From Oligoflexales bacterium (GTDB lineage Bacteria; Bdellovibrionota_B; Oligoflexia; Oligoflexales; RGVZ01), in the NCBI GenBank assembly GCA_044236265.1, contig JBIIGV010000037.1:1-24019 (forward strand): 24,019 bases of DNA. The letters run 5' to 3'. Made by a program: the position numbers and the translations under genes. Position 1 is the first letter of the stretch, and every line of letters begins with the position of its first letter. Positions 23,397-24,019 of the stretch are shown here, in pieces. The notes beneath the pieces were generated by a model, which did no database searches, had not been told where the DNA came from, and worked only from the letters and a program-made list of their open reading frames with translations.

Positions 23397-24019
23397 GTGA
23401 CGATCGAAGTTTCAAGATCGCTCTTACTTCATCTTCCCGAGCTCATCGAAATCCAGCGATTGGTGTCCCATGCTGCAAAAGATTTGGTGCGCGTCGAAGA
23501 ACTCGTCACGGTCCGTCATAAGGACTTGTCGCTGCCGGTGATGGCTCTTGAAATCGGTAGTAAAGATCCAAAATCGCCGGCATTTTTCCTCACAGGTGGG
23601 GTCCACGGTCTTGAGCGTATTGGAACGCGCGTTATTATCTCTTATCTCAAAACATTAACCCATTTGGCCCATTGGGACTCGTCAACGAGAGAGCTCTTAG
23701 CGCGAGTTCGGTTTTGTCTGATACCCATTGTAAATCCCATAGGCATGTACCTGGGACGACGTTCCAATGGTAACGGCATAGATTTAATGAGAAATGCTCC
23801 AGTAGAGGCGGAAGCAGGCAGTCGCGTCGGAATTGCTGGCGGCCATCGCATCTCCAATCGATTGCCTTGGTATCGAGGCTCGATAGGTTCAGACATGGAG
23901 CTCGAAAACCAGGCTTTTGTAAAATATTTTGAGGAGACTTTTGCCAAGTCATCGGCTGTCATTGGCCTTGACGTGCACAGTGGCTTTGGTGCCGTTGACC
24001 GCATCTGGTTTCCCTATGC
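23397..24019 (+). CDS. M14-family zinc carboxypeptidase-like protein (partial, runs off the window end)
   Basis: Manual translation from GTG 23397 (GGGAG SD at 23383-23387) gives GGVHGLERIG (HxxE), PIVNPIGM, RRSNGNGIDLMRN and LDVHSGFG..DRIWFPY. Absent from the ORF track because it has no stop in the window. Confidence 0.88.
   Translation, partial: MTIEVSRSLLLHLPELIEIQRLVSHAAKDLVRVEELVTVRHKDLSLPVMALEIGSKDPKSPAFFLTGGVHGLERIGTRVIISYLKTLTHLAHWDSSTRELLARVRFCLIPIVNPIGMYLGRRSNGNGIDLMRNAPVEAEAGSRVGIAGGHRISNRLPWYRGSIGSDMELENQAFVKYFEETFAKSSAVIGLDVHSGFGAVDRIWFPY

Noticed and set aside
23424..24004. Minus-strand ORFs 23424..23606, 23642..24004 and 23647..23952
   Set aside because: They are shadows of the plus-strand M14 peptidase, which has clear catalytic motifs.
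1..24019. Mobile elements, CRISPR arrays, tRNA or rRNA genes
   Set aside because: No transposase or integrase ORF, repeat-spacer array or recognisable structural RNA was seen by eye; a tRNAscan/Infernal run would be needed to exclude small RNAs in 21974-22398.

Overview
Bacterial chromosomal window with mostly housekeeping genes at both ends. The left flank carries an AsmA/TamB-like gene split by an apparent frameshift, a MqnC/CofH-like radical SAM enzyme, rplS, yraN, rnhB, trxA, a GHMP/HddA-like kinase and a [2Fe-2S] ferredoxin. The right flank carries an FAD oxidoreductase, a family-5-like solute-binding protein, map, an OlsB-like GNAT and an M14 peptidase. Between them lies a compact ~10 kb light-harvesting module (about 8.0-18.0 kb). 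It contains a xanthorhodopsin/Gloeobacter-type DTE proton-pump rhodopsin with the carotenoid-antenna 'fenestration' glycine. Convergent with it are genes for both chromophores: crtE, crtI, crtB, crtW ketolase, CruF-like 1,2-hydratase, acyltransferase, glycosyltransferase, and a single ORF fusing lycopene cyclase (CrtY-type) to beta-carotene 15,15'-dioxygenase (Blh/Brp). The inferred products are retinal plus a salinixanthin-like 4-keto monocyclic carotenoid acyl-glycoside antenna. Other notable points are crtW and a coupled 68-aa membrane protein lying antisense inside the operon with almost no promoter space, and a palindromic operator candidate on the rhodopsin promoter. All family assignments come from motif recognition by eye; no searches were run.
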